This document shows positions 55,246 to 64,000 of a stretch of DNA of 64,000 nt, in pieces. How positions within the stretch are numbered: the first letter of the stretch is position 1; each line of letters opens with the position of its first letter. Position numbers and translations under genes: made by a program. Source of the DNA: a virus; the IMG/VR virus record IMGVR_UViG_3300047496_000262, positions 1 through 64,000 of that record; one strand, 5' to 3'. The notes beneath the pieces are model-generated. The model was not told the origin of the DNA. It searched no databases and saw only the letters and a list, made by a program, of their open reading frames with translations.

Positions 55246-57507
55246 ATGGTCGAATCCTATTCGGTAAGCTCGACCCTTCGGGTCAAGGATGAGCTAACCC
55301 CGGCGCTCCAGACCGCGGGCGCGAAGGCGCTTTTGCTTTACGAACGCCTGGCTGCGATCGGCAAGCTGAAGATGCCGGGTTTCAGTTTTCCGAAGTCGGT
55401 CGGCACCAATCTGGATGCGGCGGCGGAAGCGCTGAAAAAATTCAACAGTATGACGGCAAATTCTCCAGCAATTGGTGGTTTGGAGCGGCTGGTCACGCTG
55501 TCAGCCCAGTTTGCCAGTAACATGAAAGCCGCCGCAGCGGCCCAAGCCGCCCTGCGGACCATGCCGAATGTTCCGGGTGCCGGAGGGGCCGGTCAGGGTG
55601 GGCGCGGTCGGGGCGGTGGCCCGCCGCCTGGGCCCGTGCCGCCCGGCCCACCATCGCCCAGCCCGGGCGGATCAGCGAAAAAAAGCTGGGGCAGTGGGGC
55701 CTTTGACATGATGTTCGCTGGCAGCATCGTCGATGGCTGGGGCGACCGGATTCTGGGTTTCATGAAGCAATCAGTCGATGCAACCAAGGAGTACCAGCAC
55801 CAGATTGCGCAGATGAGCGAAGCCCAAGGCATGAGCCAGAAGGAGATTGCCGACGCCATTGCCGCCGCTTGGAAGAATACCGGCGAGGTGATGACCATGA
55901 GCGTCACGGACAGCCTAAAAACGCTGGTGGACCTGAAGAACATCTTTGGCGACGTAAAGATGGCAAGCACCATGCTGCCTATTGCGGCCAAGGCCAACGC
56001 CATCTTGCAATCGGCGTCGGATGGGCGATTGTCGCAGTCTCAGGCCGAGAACGTCGGCTTCTCCATGTTCAAGGCTTTGGATATCCGAGGGGCCACCGTG
56101 GATCCGACCCGTGCCGAGCACGAGGCCGATCTGATGGTCAAGGTGATCAACGCGATGCAGGGGCGCGTGACGCCCGAGATGTTCCAGGGCGTGTTTCAGT
56201 ACGCCCGTCAGGCGAAATTCGATCTGTCGGATGATTTTGCCTATGGGATCCTGCCGACCCTGATGCTTGAAATGTCGAAAGGCAGTAGCGGAGGAGGAGG
56301 CGGCGGATCCCGCGGTGTCGGTCCTGCGTTGGCGGCGTTCTACCGGGTAGCCGCCCAAGGTTACGTCAGTAGAGCAGCAGTGCCTTTATGGGAACGTCTT
56401 GGCCTCAAGGGTGCCGGTAATGTGCTGGAGACGACGACTCCCGGCACCGTCATGGCCCCGGTCAAGGAGCGCGGTCTGGCAGAACAGAACCCTTTTGAGT
56501 GGGCAACCACTGTCCTTGATCCAGCGATCAAAAAATATTTGGGCACTAAGTACAGCGAAGGCGCTGAGCGCGAAATTGTTGCAGAATTATTCAAAGGCAA
56601 TCAACTGGCCGCGTCGATGATCATGGAGTTCATCACCAAGCCGCAGAACTTCTCGCGCGACCAGAGACTTATTGGTCAGGCCAGTGGCATCAGCGGGTAC
56701 AACAAACTGGTGGACACCGACCCGGATTTCGCATGGGCCATGGTCAATGCGCAGTTCAAGACGTTTCTGGTCTCCATTGGGCCCGACCTGCTGAAGATCG
56801 TGGTGCCGGCCCTGAAGGCCTTGGCGGGCAGCCTTCACGATATGGCGATCTGGGCAACCAAGAATCCGGACGCGGTGGGTATGATCATGAAATCGCTGGC
56901 CGGGCTTGGCGTGTTTTTTGTGTCCATCGGCACCGCTATGTCGGGTATCGGGTCGTTTTTGGTCGTAGCCCAAGCGGCCACCGCGATCGGTGGATTGGCG
57001 GTCGCCCTCGCCGCACCTGAGTTGTTGGCCGGTGCCGCCGCCATCTCGGCCATCATTGCGGCGATCATGTTTTGGAAAGGGCCGGATCCATCGAAGAACA
57101 CCGGCATAGACGGATCACACGCAATCACGGCACCGGATGGCTCGAAAGTGGTCATCGGACCCGGTGGAAAGGCATTTTTCACCCAAGGTCACCCGAGCGA
57201 ATCATTAGTCGATTGGTGGAATAAAGCGACGACGCCGCCGCAGCCACCGAAAGCCGGTACCCCGATGAACGGGAAAGACTGGAACAGCGTCGACCATATG
57301 ACTTTTCTGCAAAGCGTGGCAGAGACCGTTCGAGCCATTCTGGGCACAACACAGGTCACGATTGATGGCAAGGTGGTCGGACAGATCGTGACCAAGGGCC
57401 AGGAACAGCAGATGACCAAGCCGCCGACCAGCACCAACAGCACCGACGCCTATGGCTCGCCGAATTACGGCACCAGCGCCGGTGATTACGTGCCGACCTT
57501 TCCCTGA
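55246..57507 (+). CDS. Tape measure protein
   Basis: 753 aa, Ala/Gly-rich helical, hydrophobic C-terminal segments, canonical position. Confidence 0.85.
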   Translation: MVESYSVSSTLRVKDELTPALQTAGAKALLLYERLAAIGKLKMPGFSFPKSVGTNLDAAAEALKKFNSMTANSPAIGGLERLVTLSAQFASNMKAAAAAQAALRTMPNVPGAGGAGQGGRGRGGGPPPGPVPPGPPSPSPGGSAKKSWGSGAFDMMFAGSIVDGWGDRILGFMKQSVDATKEYQHQIAQMSEAQGMSQKEIADAIAAAWKNTGEVMTMSVTDSLKTLVDLKNIFGDVKMASTMLPIAAKANAILQSASDGRLSQSQAENVGFSMFKALDIRGATVDPTRAEHEADLMVKVINAMQGRVTPEMFQGVFQYARQAKFDLSDDFAYGILPTLMLEMSKGSSGGGGGGSRGVGPALAAFYRVAAQGYVSRAAVPLWERLGLKGAGNVLETTTPGTVMAPVKERGLAEQNPFEWATTVLDPAIKKYLGTKYSEGAEREIVAELFKGNQLAASMIMEFITKPQNFSRDQRLIGQASGISGYNKLVDTDPDFAWAMVNAQFKTFLVSIGPDLLKIVVPALKALAGSLHDMAIWATKNPDAVGMIMKSLAGLGVFFVSIGTAMSGIGSFLVVAQAATAIGGLAVALAAPELLAGAAAISAIIAAIMFWKGPDPSKNTGIDGSHAITAPDGSKVVIGPGGKAFFTQGHPSESLVDWWNKATTPPQPPKAGTPMNGKDWNSVDHMTFLQSVAETVRAILGTTQVTIDGKVVGQIVTKGQEQQMTKPPTSTNSTDAYGSPNYGTSAGDYVPTFP

Positions 57508-58358
57508 TGTCCGCGGTTCCATCGGCCGGCGGGTTTCCGCCCGATTTCGTCCTGACGCTGGGCAGCGTGCAGTTCAAGAAATTCGAGATCCCGCGCGAGC
57601 TTGGCGGCGGCCTTACCCAATCGACCTTTATCCACAAATACCCCGGCGGCGCCCGTACCGTCGACACCATGGGGCCGGATTACGACACGCTGGAATGGAG
57701 CGGCACGTTCCTGGACAGCGATGCCGAGTCCCGCTGCCTGGACCTGAAGGCGCTGGCCGCCGCCGGATCCGAGATCACGCTGACCTTTAGCCAGTTCAGC
57801 TATCAGGTGGTGATCGCCAAATTCACCTTCAAATTCCGGCGCTATTACCAGATCGACTATAGCATCAGCCTGACCGTCATCGCCGATAACAGCAACCCGA
57901 TCGGCGATGCCGGGCAATCCGATACCGGTGCGACCGGCACGCAAGGCCCCAGCACCACGGATAATCCCGACGAATCGGTGATGCAACAGGACGTGGCCGA
58001 CGTGGCGGACGATGCCGGCCAGATCGACAACGGCGTGTTGTCGGGCGCGGTCGGATCCATCACGTCACTGGTGGATTCGGTCGATTCCATTGTCGGCATG
58101 GGGCAGAGCGATCTGGCCTCGCTGTCCGGGTTCGTCAACACCGCGCTGTCGACCGCGAACGGGCTGGTTTCGACGTTCGATTCCGCGGTGGTGGCGGCCG
58201 GGGCGGTCGCCAATTTCGTCTCCGGCACCACGCCCCAGGCCTTCATCGCCACGTTGAACGCCCTCAGCGCTGCCAATTACAATCTGTGCTATGCTGCCGA
58301 TGCGGCCAACAAGCTATCCCGCCTACAGTTGAGCGTGGTCAGCCTCCAGGCGCAGTAA
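57507..58358 (+). CDS. Tail tube initiator / DNA-circularisation-like protein
   Basis: LGSVQFKKFEIP...HKYPGGARTVDTMG...LEWSG. Confidence 0.7.
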   Translation: MSAVPSAGGFPPDFVLTLGSVQFKKFEIPRELGGGLTQSTFIHKYPGGARTVDTMGPDYDTLEWSGTFLDSDAESRCLDLKALAAAGSEITLTFSQFSYQVVIAKFTFKFRRYYQIDYSISLTVIADNSNPIGDAGQSDTGATGTQGPSTTDNPDESVMQQDVADVADDAGQIDNGVLSGAVGSITSLVDSVDSIVGMGQSDLASLSGFVNTALSTANGLVSTFDSAVVAAGAVANFVSGTTPQAFIATLNALSAANYNLCYAADAANKLSRLQLSVVSLQAQ

Positions 58359-58374
58359 CCCGTGGGAGTGGCCC

Positions 58375-58569
58375 TTGAACAGCGTGCAGGCGTCGCCCGG
58401 CGATGATCTTTACCGCATCTCGGCCCGGGTCTATGGCACGGTGCAGGGCTGGACGCTGATCGCCCGTGCCAACGGGCTGATCGACCCGCTGATCCAGACC
58501 GCGATCAATTTGCAGATCCCCAAATACTCGTCGTCCAGTGCCAATGACGGCATTCTGAGCCCGCCCTAG
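58375..58569 (+). CDS. LysM / tail protein X-like baseplate protein
   Basis: GDDLYRISARVYG...WTLIARANGLIDP...LQIP. Confidence 0.8.
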   Translation: MNSVQASPGDDLYRISARVYGTVQGWTLIARANGLIDPLIQTAINLQIPKYSSSSANDGILSPP

Positions 58570-58581
58570 AGACCAGGGCCG

Positions 58582-59760
58582 ATGAGCCAGATTCCAGGAT
58601 CCAGCCTGCCGACACCGGCACCCGCCGGATCACGCATTTCCAGCAGTCGGCGCCCCCGGCTGTTCGCCAAGATCAACGGCAGCGTGGTCGACACCATCGC
58701 CATCATGGTCGAGAACTGCGCCGCCATGTCGGCCGATAAATTCGAGGTCGAGTTGCAGGCCTGGGGGCAACAGGAAGGCTTCGATATCGGCTATTTCCAA
58801 GGCGTGGAGACCCCGGTCATGGTCGAGATCTGGGGCGGTTTTCTGGCCGATGCCGACCCGGTCAACGCCATCCCCCAGAACGCCAATCTGCTGATCAAGG
58901 GCAAGGTCGACGAAGTGAGGGCGCCGTTGACCGGTGGCAACCTGTCGCTGTCCGGCCGCGACATGACATCGACCATGCTGGACCAGACCCATGACGGCAA
59001 TTTCACCAACCAGACAGCCAGCCAGGTGGTCACCACATTGGCAAATCAGGCGGGGCTGATTGCCGATGTGACCGCCACCACCAGCGCCATCGGTTCGGCG
59101 GTGGAGAATGCGGCCTATACCGCGCTGTCGCTGGGCCTGCCGCTGTGGCAGATCGCATCCGGGTTGGCCGTGCAGGAAGGCTTCGACGTGTTCGTGAAGG
59201 GCGACACGCTGTTTTTTCACCCGCCCAACCCCAGCAAGACGGCGACCAGCCCCAACCCGCCCAACACCAGTTCGGCGGCGGCACCGGCTGCCGATACCCA
59301 GCCTTTGAACATCTGGATCACCAGATCATCGAACGGCGCCATCGTTTCAAACGCCACCCGGATCGAATGGCGCCGATCGCTGACCCTGGACGACCCCTTC
59401 GTCAAGGTCAGGAGCACCAATATCCCCGGCGCCACCGCGGTCACCGCGACCGCCGGTAGCTCGGCCAGCCCGACACAGACCTTCCAGATCACCAAGCCCA
59501 ATCTGACCGGCAAGCAGGCCAAGCAATTATCCCAATCCGTCCTGGCATCGGCGCAGCGGCATTCGACCGTGTTCGAGGTGGAGATGGAGGCAGATTTCGT
59601 CACCGATGTCCGCATGCCGTTCGTGCTGAGCGGCACCGGCACACCGCTGGACGGGACCTATCGGATTGACACCATCACCCGGAATTATTCGTTCGGCGGC
59701 GGGTTTTCGATGCACATTCGCGCCATCACGCCGCCCACGCCCGGCGAGGTGACGCCGTAA
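58582..59760 (+). CDS. Baseplate hub (gpD-like)
   Basis: ADKFEVEL...LSGRDMT...F.NQTASQVV...LSGTGT..DGTYRIDTITR. Confidence 0.8.
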   Translation: MSQIPGSSLPTPAPAGSRISSSRRPRLFAKINGSVVDTIAIMVENCAAMSADKFEVELQAWGQQEGFDIGYFQGVETPVMVEIWGGFLADADPVNAIPQNANLLIKGKVDEVRAPLTGGNLSLSGRDMTSTMLDQTHDGNFTNQTASQVVTTLANQAGLIADVTATTSAIGSAVENAAYTALSLGLPLWQIASGLAVQEGFDVFVKGDTLFFHPPNPSKTATSPNPPNTSSAAAPAADTQPLNIWITRSSNGAIVSNATRIEWRRSLTLDDPFVKVRSTNIPGATAVTATAGSSASPTQTFQITKPNLTGKQAKQLSQSVLASAQRHSTVFEVEMEADFVTDVRMPFVLSGTGTPLDGTYRIDTITRNYSFGGGFSMHIRAITPPTPGEVTP

Positions 59761-60320
59761 TGTCCGACGTGATCGCCAACCGGATGCGCCAGGAGGCCGC
59801 GCGCATCATGAAGCTGATTGCCGATCAGCGCATGGCGGTGGTGACCAGTTATGACCAGAACCGGTTTCAGGCCAAGGTGATGATCCTGCCCGAGATGGTG
59901 GTGACCGACTGGGCCCCGATTCTGACCATGGCGGTCGGCAATGGGTTTGGCATCTATGCCGCCCCCAATATCGGCGATCAGGTGAAGCTGAGCTTTATCG
60001 AAAACCAGCGCGGCATGCCGGTCATTGAGGGGCGGGTGAACGATCAGGCGCATCCGCCGCCGGCCGTGCCCGCGGGCCAGATCTGGATCATGCAAGGCGC
60101 CGATCCGGCCGGCCCGTCGATCAAGCTGAGCACCGTCAGCGGCACGCCCAGCATCGCCATCACCGGCGAGGTGACCATCACCGGCGACGTGTTGGTGAAC
60201 GGCAACAGCCTGACCACGTCGGGCAATGTGGTGGTCGGCACCGGCGCATCGGGATCTTTCACCACGCCCACCGGCAACATCGTGACGGTGCAGGACGGCA
60301 TCGTCACCAATATCTATTGA
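59760..60320 (+). CDS. Baseplate spike (gpV-like)
   Basis: VVTSYD...AKV...TDW.PI...GNGFGIYAAPNIGDQV; beta-helix C-terminus. Confidence 0.85.
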   Translation: MSDVIANRMRQEAARIMKLIADQRMAVVTSYDQNRFQAKVMILPEMVVTDWAPILTMAVGNGFGIYAAPNIGDQVKLSFIENQRGMPVIEGRVNDQAHPPPAVPAGQIWIMQGADPAGPSIKLSTVSGTPSIAITGEVTITGDVLVNGNSLTTSGNVVVGTGASGSFTTPTGNIVTVQDGIVTNIY

Positions 60321-60330
60321 GGAGCAACCC

Positions 60331-60714
60331 ATGCAACCGCAAGGCACCGCGCTGATCAACGCGCAGTATTTCACCGATCTAACCAACCAGATCAATGCCA
60401 TCAATATCTGTGCAGATCTTCAAGAGCTTGTAGATGACGCTATCGCCTCTATACAAGCCAATATCGACTCCATTAAGGAACAGGTCGATCAATTGGAGGC
60501 ATTGTTACTTATACCGACAAATCTATCACAAGTGATTACATGGATAACCAATTTCCAGGCGCAGTTATTACTTCCTTATACCAATTATGTAACACAACTA
60601 GCGGAGACGGCGACGGCAATTGCAAATCTGGTTACCGCCATAGAAAATGCTGCGGAGCGCATCAAAAACTGCACAATTACCATTCCAACGATCACAATTC
60701 CGATTCTTCCCTGA
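60331..60714 (+). CDS. Hypothetical helical protein, AT-rich
   Basis: RBS GAGGAG; visibly lower GC than its neighbours. Confidence 0.7.
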   Translation: MQPQGTALINAQYFTDLTNQINAINICADLQELVDDAIASIQANIDSIKEQVDQLEALLLIPTNLSQVITWITNFQAQLLLPYTNYVTQLAETATAIANLVTAIENAAERIKNCTITIPTITIPILP

Positions 60715-60733
60715 TAGTCTTACGGAGGACCCC

Positions 60734-61123
60734 ATGAGCGATATCGCCGACCTTAGCCACCTGTACGGCAACGATCTGGCGCTGACCGCATCGGGCGATA
60801 TCGCGGTGGTGACGGCGGCCAACCGGACCATTCAGCGCGTGATCCGGCGGCTTTGCACCGCCGCCACCAGCGTTCAGGCGTCATCCTATCCGTGGGAGCC
60901 CGATTACGGGGCGGGGCTGCCGGCCAGGGTGGGCCAGACCTTTGATCCACGCCTGATCGCCGGGATCATCCGGTCGCAATTGCTGGCCGAGCCCAGCGTG
61001 GCCCAGATCCCGGCCCCCCAGATATCGTTAACCAACATCACCGCTAATGCGGCGACCTGTAATATCCGCTATACCGATGCCAACGGGCAGCAGCAGGGGG
61101 CCAAGTTCAACCTCCTGGGATAA
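60734..61123 (+). CDS. Baseplate wedge / gp25-like protein
   Basis: DLSHLYGNDL...QRVIRRL.T...W.PDYGAGLP. Confidence 0.8.
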   Translation: MSDIADLSHLYGNDLALTASGDIAVVTAANRTIQRVIRRLCTAATSVQASSYPWEPDYGAGLPARVGQTFDPRLIAGIIRSQLLAEPSVAQIPAPQISLTNITANAATCNIRYTDANGQQQGAKFNLLG

Positions 61124-61169
61124 TCATCCTTTTGGGATAATGATCCCCCTGCCGAGATGAGGGTCCGCC

Positions 61170-62306
61170 ATGTCGCTGGTTTCCGCCACCTGGGGCGGCA
61201 TCACATTTTTCACCCAGCAGCAGGTGGCCGCGGTCCAGGGACAGGCGACCTCGGCCCCGGTCGACGCCTCGCAAGGGTCGGTTACCCTGGCCCTGGTCGA
61301 GGCGACCAACGGCGTTGCCCTGTGGTTGCAGGCCCAGACCATCGCCACGGTGCTGTTGACCCGGGCGTCGACCAGCACGGGCCCCGATCTCGACACATGG
61401 ATGGCCGATTGGAACTTCACCCGGCTGTCGGCGGTCGCCGCCACCGGCTATTGCACCTTTGGCCGCTTCACCACGACCGGCACGGCGCTGGTCCCGGTCG
61501 GCACCATCATCACCTCGTCGATCGGCGGCCCGCAATTCCAGGTCATCGCCGATTCCACCAATACCGCCTATTCGTCGGCCAAGAACGGCTATCCGATGGC
61601 TGCCGGCATCGGATCGGTCGTCGCCACGGTGCAGGCCGTGACCGCCGGCACCGCCGGCAACGCCGCCGCCAACACGATCACCTATTTCCAGGCGCCGGTG
61701 AGCGGGGTCGACACGGTCAACAACCCGACCGCGCTGACCAGCGGGCAGAATGCCGAACTGGACGCGGCCTTTCGCTCGCGCTTCATCCTTTATATACAAA
61801 GCCTGCGCGAGGCGACGATCAACGCGCTGTACTACTGGATCCTCAGCATCCAGTCGGGCCTGACCGCCAATATCGTCGAGGGCTACACCTCGGGCGGCAC
61901 GCCGGACCCCGGGTTCTTTTACGCCGTGGTGGATGACGGCAGCGGCAATCCGCCCACGTCTCTGGTCACCGCGGCCTCGCTGGTGGTGAACGCCCATCGA
62001 GCGGCCGGGATTTCCTATGCGGTCTATGGGCCCAGCATCCTGACCGTGAATGTCAGCGCCACCATCACCACGGCCACCAATACCAGCCATTCGGCGGCGG
62101 TCGCGGCGGCCACGGCGGCGGTGCAGGCCTATCTGAACACCGTGCCGGTGGGCGCCACCCTGTCCTATGCCAGGCTTTATCAGGTCATCTTCGATGCCAG
62201 CACGTCAATCACCGATGCCACCAACCTGCTGTTGAACGGCGGGTCGGGCGATATCGTGCCGACCGGGTTGCAGGTGGTCAAATACGGCACGGTCACGATC
62301 GCATGA
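61170..62306 (+). CDS. Baseplate J-like protein
   Basis: STGPDLDTW...TRL.A..ATG...AGTAGN...G.NAELDAAFRSRF...VVDDGSG. Confidence 0.88.
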   Translation: MSLVSATWGGITFFTQQQVAAVQGQATSAPVDASQGSVTLALVEATNGVALWLQAQTIATVLLTRASTSTGPDLDTWMADWNFTRLSAVAATGYCTFGRFTTTGTALVPVGTIITSSIGGPQFQVIADSTNTAYSSAKNGYPMAAGIGSVVATVQAVTAGTAGNAAANTITYFQAPVSGVDTVNNPTALTSGQNAELDAAFRSRFILYIQSLREATINALYYWILSIQSGLTANIVEGYTSGGTPDPGFFYAVVDDGSGNPPTSLVTAASLVVNAHRAAGISYAVYGPSILTVNVSATITTATNTSHSAAVAAATAAVQAYLNTVPVGATLSYARLYQVIFDASTSITDATNLLLNGGSGDIVPTGLQVVKYGTVTIA

Positions 62307-63034
62307 CCACCGGTAGCGTCATCGACATCACCCAGCGCCTGCTGAAATTTCTGCCCAGCGGCTGGTTCCCGCCGAACGATCCGACGACCCGGCTTTATGC
62401 GCTGGAATATGGCTTTGCCACCGCGTTCGCGACGAACTACACGCAGATTCAGTACGTCAAGCAACAGACCCGGCTGAATAGCTCCACCGGGGCCTTTGTC
62501 GATCTTTCGTCCAACGATTTCTTCGGGTTGACCCTGCCCCGGCGCGCGGGCGAGTTGGATGCGGCCTTTATCACCCGGATCGAACAGGCGATCTTTCAGG
62601 ACCGCAATACCAGATCGGCCATCATCTCGGCGGTCTATAACCTGACCGGGTTCACCCCCACCATTATCGAAACATGGTATCCGCACGATACCGGCGGCTG
62701 GTCGGCCGGTAATCTGGGCTTCGATGTGGCCGGATGCTGGGCCGCCGCCAAATGCGACTTCAACGTCTATATCACCATGCCCGCGCCGCAAAGCGTGACC
62801 AACCCGACGCTGGCCGGATGGGATGGTCCGGCATCGCTGGCTGGTTGGGATTCCGGACTGATTTGCTGGACCGGCCCCAGCCTTGGGGTTACAACGACTC
62901 CGGGCATACTGAGTATATGCGCGGCCTTGGAGCGGGTCCGCACCGCCGGGATCAAGTATTTCGTCCAGTTCACCGGAAGCATCACCTTCCGGCTTGATTC
63001 CTCAAACCTGGATTCCAACGCCGTGCTGGCGTGA
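62303..63034 (+). CDS. Baseplate wedge gpI-like protein
   Basis: RLLKFLPSGWF...QTRL.S.TG.F.DL.S.DFFG..LPRR.GE.D. Confidence 0.78.
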   Translation: MTTGSVIDITQRLLKFLPSGWFPPNDPTTRLYALEYGFATAFATNYTQIQYVKQQTRLNSSTGAFVDLSSNDFFGLTLPRRAGELDAAFITRIEQAIFQDRNTRSAIISAVYNLTGFTPTIIETWYPHDTGGWSAGNLGFDVAGCWAAAKCDFNVYITMPAPQSVTNPTLAGWDGPASLAGWDSGLICWTGPSLGVTTTPGILSICAALERVRTAGIKYFVQFTGSITFRLDSSNLDSNAVLA

Positions 63035-63053
63035 TGCCGTAGGGAGACCCCAA

Positions 63054-64000
63054 TTGGACCGTACCACCGTCGTCACCACCGAGGTCCCCCGGCAGATCGA
63101 TTTCCTGCAAGCCCAGCAATTCGCCATGCAAGGGTTGGGCTTTCTGGCGCTGGATATCCTGGGCACCGGCACGGTGTGCGGCGGGCTTGCCTGTACCGCC
63201 ACCAGCCCGTCCAGCATGGCGGTCAGCGTGGCCCCTGGCCGGATCTATGAATTGGAGAATTTGGAGGCGACCGCCTGGGGGCTTTACAACGCGACCGGCG
63301 GGTTGCCGGCCGATACCAACGCCAACCACAACATCCTGAAACAAGGCATCCTGCACGATCCGGTGACGTTGAACGTGACCGCCCCGGTCACCACCGGGCA
63401 GTCGGTCAATTATCTGGTCGAGGCCGGGTATTCCGATGTCGACGGCAACTCGACGCAGGTGTTCCTTTACAACACGGCCAGCCCAAGCTCGCCGATCACC
63501 GCCACCATCAACACCACAAGGTTCGGATCTTGCGTGGTGCAGTTGAAGGTCGGCACCCCCGCCGCCACCGGCACCCAGGTGACGCCGACGCCGGATACCG
63601 GGTTCGTCGGGCTTTACGTGATCACCGTGCCGTATGGTGCCACCTCCATCACCGCCGGCAACATCTCGGTCTATTCGCCCAGCCCGTTCATCCCGGCCAC
63701 GCTGATCACCCTGGGCCAAGGGGCGGCGGCGATTCCCGGACGGTTGCTGGCGATCAGGACCTTTACCACCGGCAACACCACGCCGGGCACGCCCTATGTG
63801 CCGACCACCGGGACCAACACCGTTTATGTGCGGATGATCGGGGCGGGCGGTTCCGGCGCCGGGGCCGGTGTCTGCACCGGCAGCCAGACCTCGGGCGGGT
63901 CGGGCGGCGATGGCGGGTGCCTGCTGGAGGGGATCTATTCGATCGGCACGCTGTCCGGTCAGGCCATCACCATCGGCGTCGGCGGGGCGGCCACCGGTTC
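63054..64000 (+). CDS. Tail fibre protein (N-terminal part; runs off the right edge)
   Basis: TTG start after RBS GGGAG: MDRTTVVTTEVPRQIDFL...GLACTATSPSSMAVSVAPG...ILKQG...PTPDTGFVGLYVITV..., then a Gly-rich GAGGSG domain. Confidence 0.82.
   Translation, partial: MDRTTVVTTEVPRQIDFLQAQQFAMQGLGFLALDILGTGTVCGGLACTATSPSSMAVSVAPGRIYELENLEATAWGLYNATGGLPADTNANHNILKQGILHDPVTLNVTAPVTTGQSVNYLVEAGYSDVDGNSTQVFLYNTASPSSPITATINTTRFGSCVVQLKVGTPAATGTQVTPTPDTGFVGLYVITVPYGATSITAGNISVYSPSPFIPATLITLGQGAAAIPGRLLAIRTFTTGNTTPGTPYVPTTGTNTVYVRMIGAGGSGAGAGVCTGSQTSGGSGGDGGCLLEGIYSIGTLSGQAITIGVGGAATG

Noticed and set aside
1-64000. tRNA, rRNA, reverse transcriptase/DGR, intact integrase, lysis genes
   Set aside because: None recognisable by eye in this window. 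They may lie outside it, and a tRNAscan/HMM run is needed to exclude them formally.

Overview
This window is a 64-kb internal slice of a large, GC-rich, contractile-tailed (myovirus-like) phage or prophage, probably infecting an alphaproteobacterium (judged from the NrdJ and integrase-relic style). From left to right it contains: (i) a minus-strand early/accessory arm (1-21.4 kb) with an intein-containing class II ribonucleotide reductase, C5- and N6-type methyltransferases, a PAPS-reductase-family protein, DUF1643, DUF5131, an acyltransferase-3, an HNH protein, a beta-clamp-like protein and many small translationally coupled ORFs; (ii) a plus-strand ParB / MTase-like / TerS / TerL block (21.7-25.4 kb); (iii) a second minus-strand early block (26.4-32.2 kb); (iv) primase and AAA_25 helicase, then about 1.7 kb of repeat-rich non-coding DNA with IHF boxes (candidate origin or packaging/terminus region); and (v) the morphogenesis operon from portal to tail fibre (38.9-64 kb). 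The most striking unexplained signal is two non-coding arrays (2107-2263 and 26041-26357). They are built from 5-nt units, read as G(G/T)Y-NN on the minus strand, and are punctuated every 43-49 nt by a 4-nt phase-shift unit (GGC-D-GTC junction). This looks like an array of guide RNAs with a fixed scaffold and variable dinucleotides; no cognate effector gene is recognisable in the window. Other points of note are a 14-bp palindromic operator recurring at many promoters, a biotin-carrier-like gene among the head genes, a second TerS-like gene, a truncated paralogue of the clamp-like protein, and one domain reused across several virion proteins. All family calls come from motif recognition by eye, not database searches.
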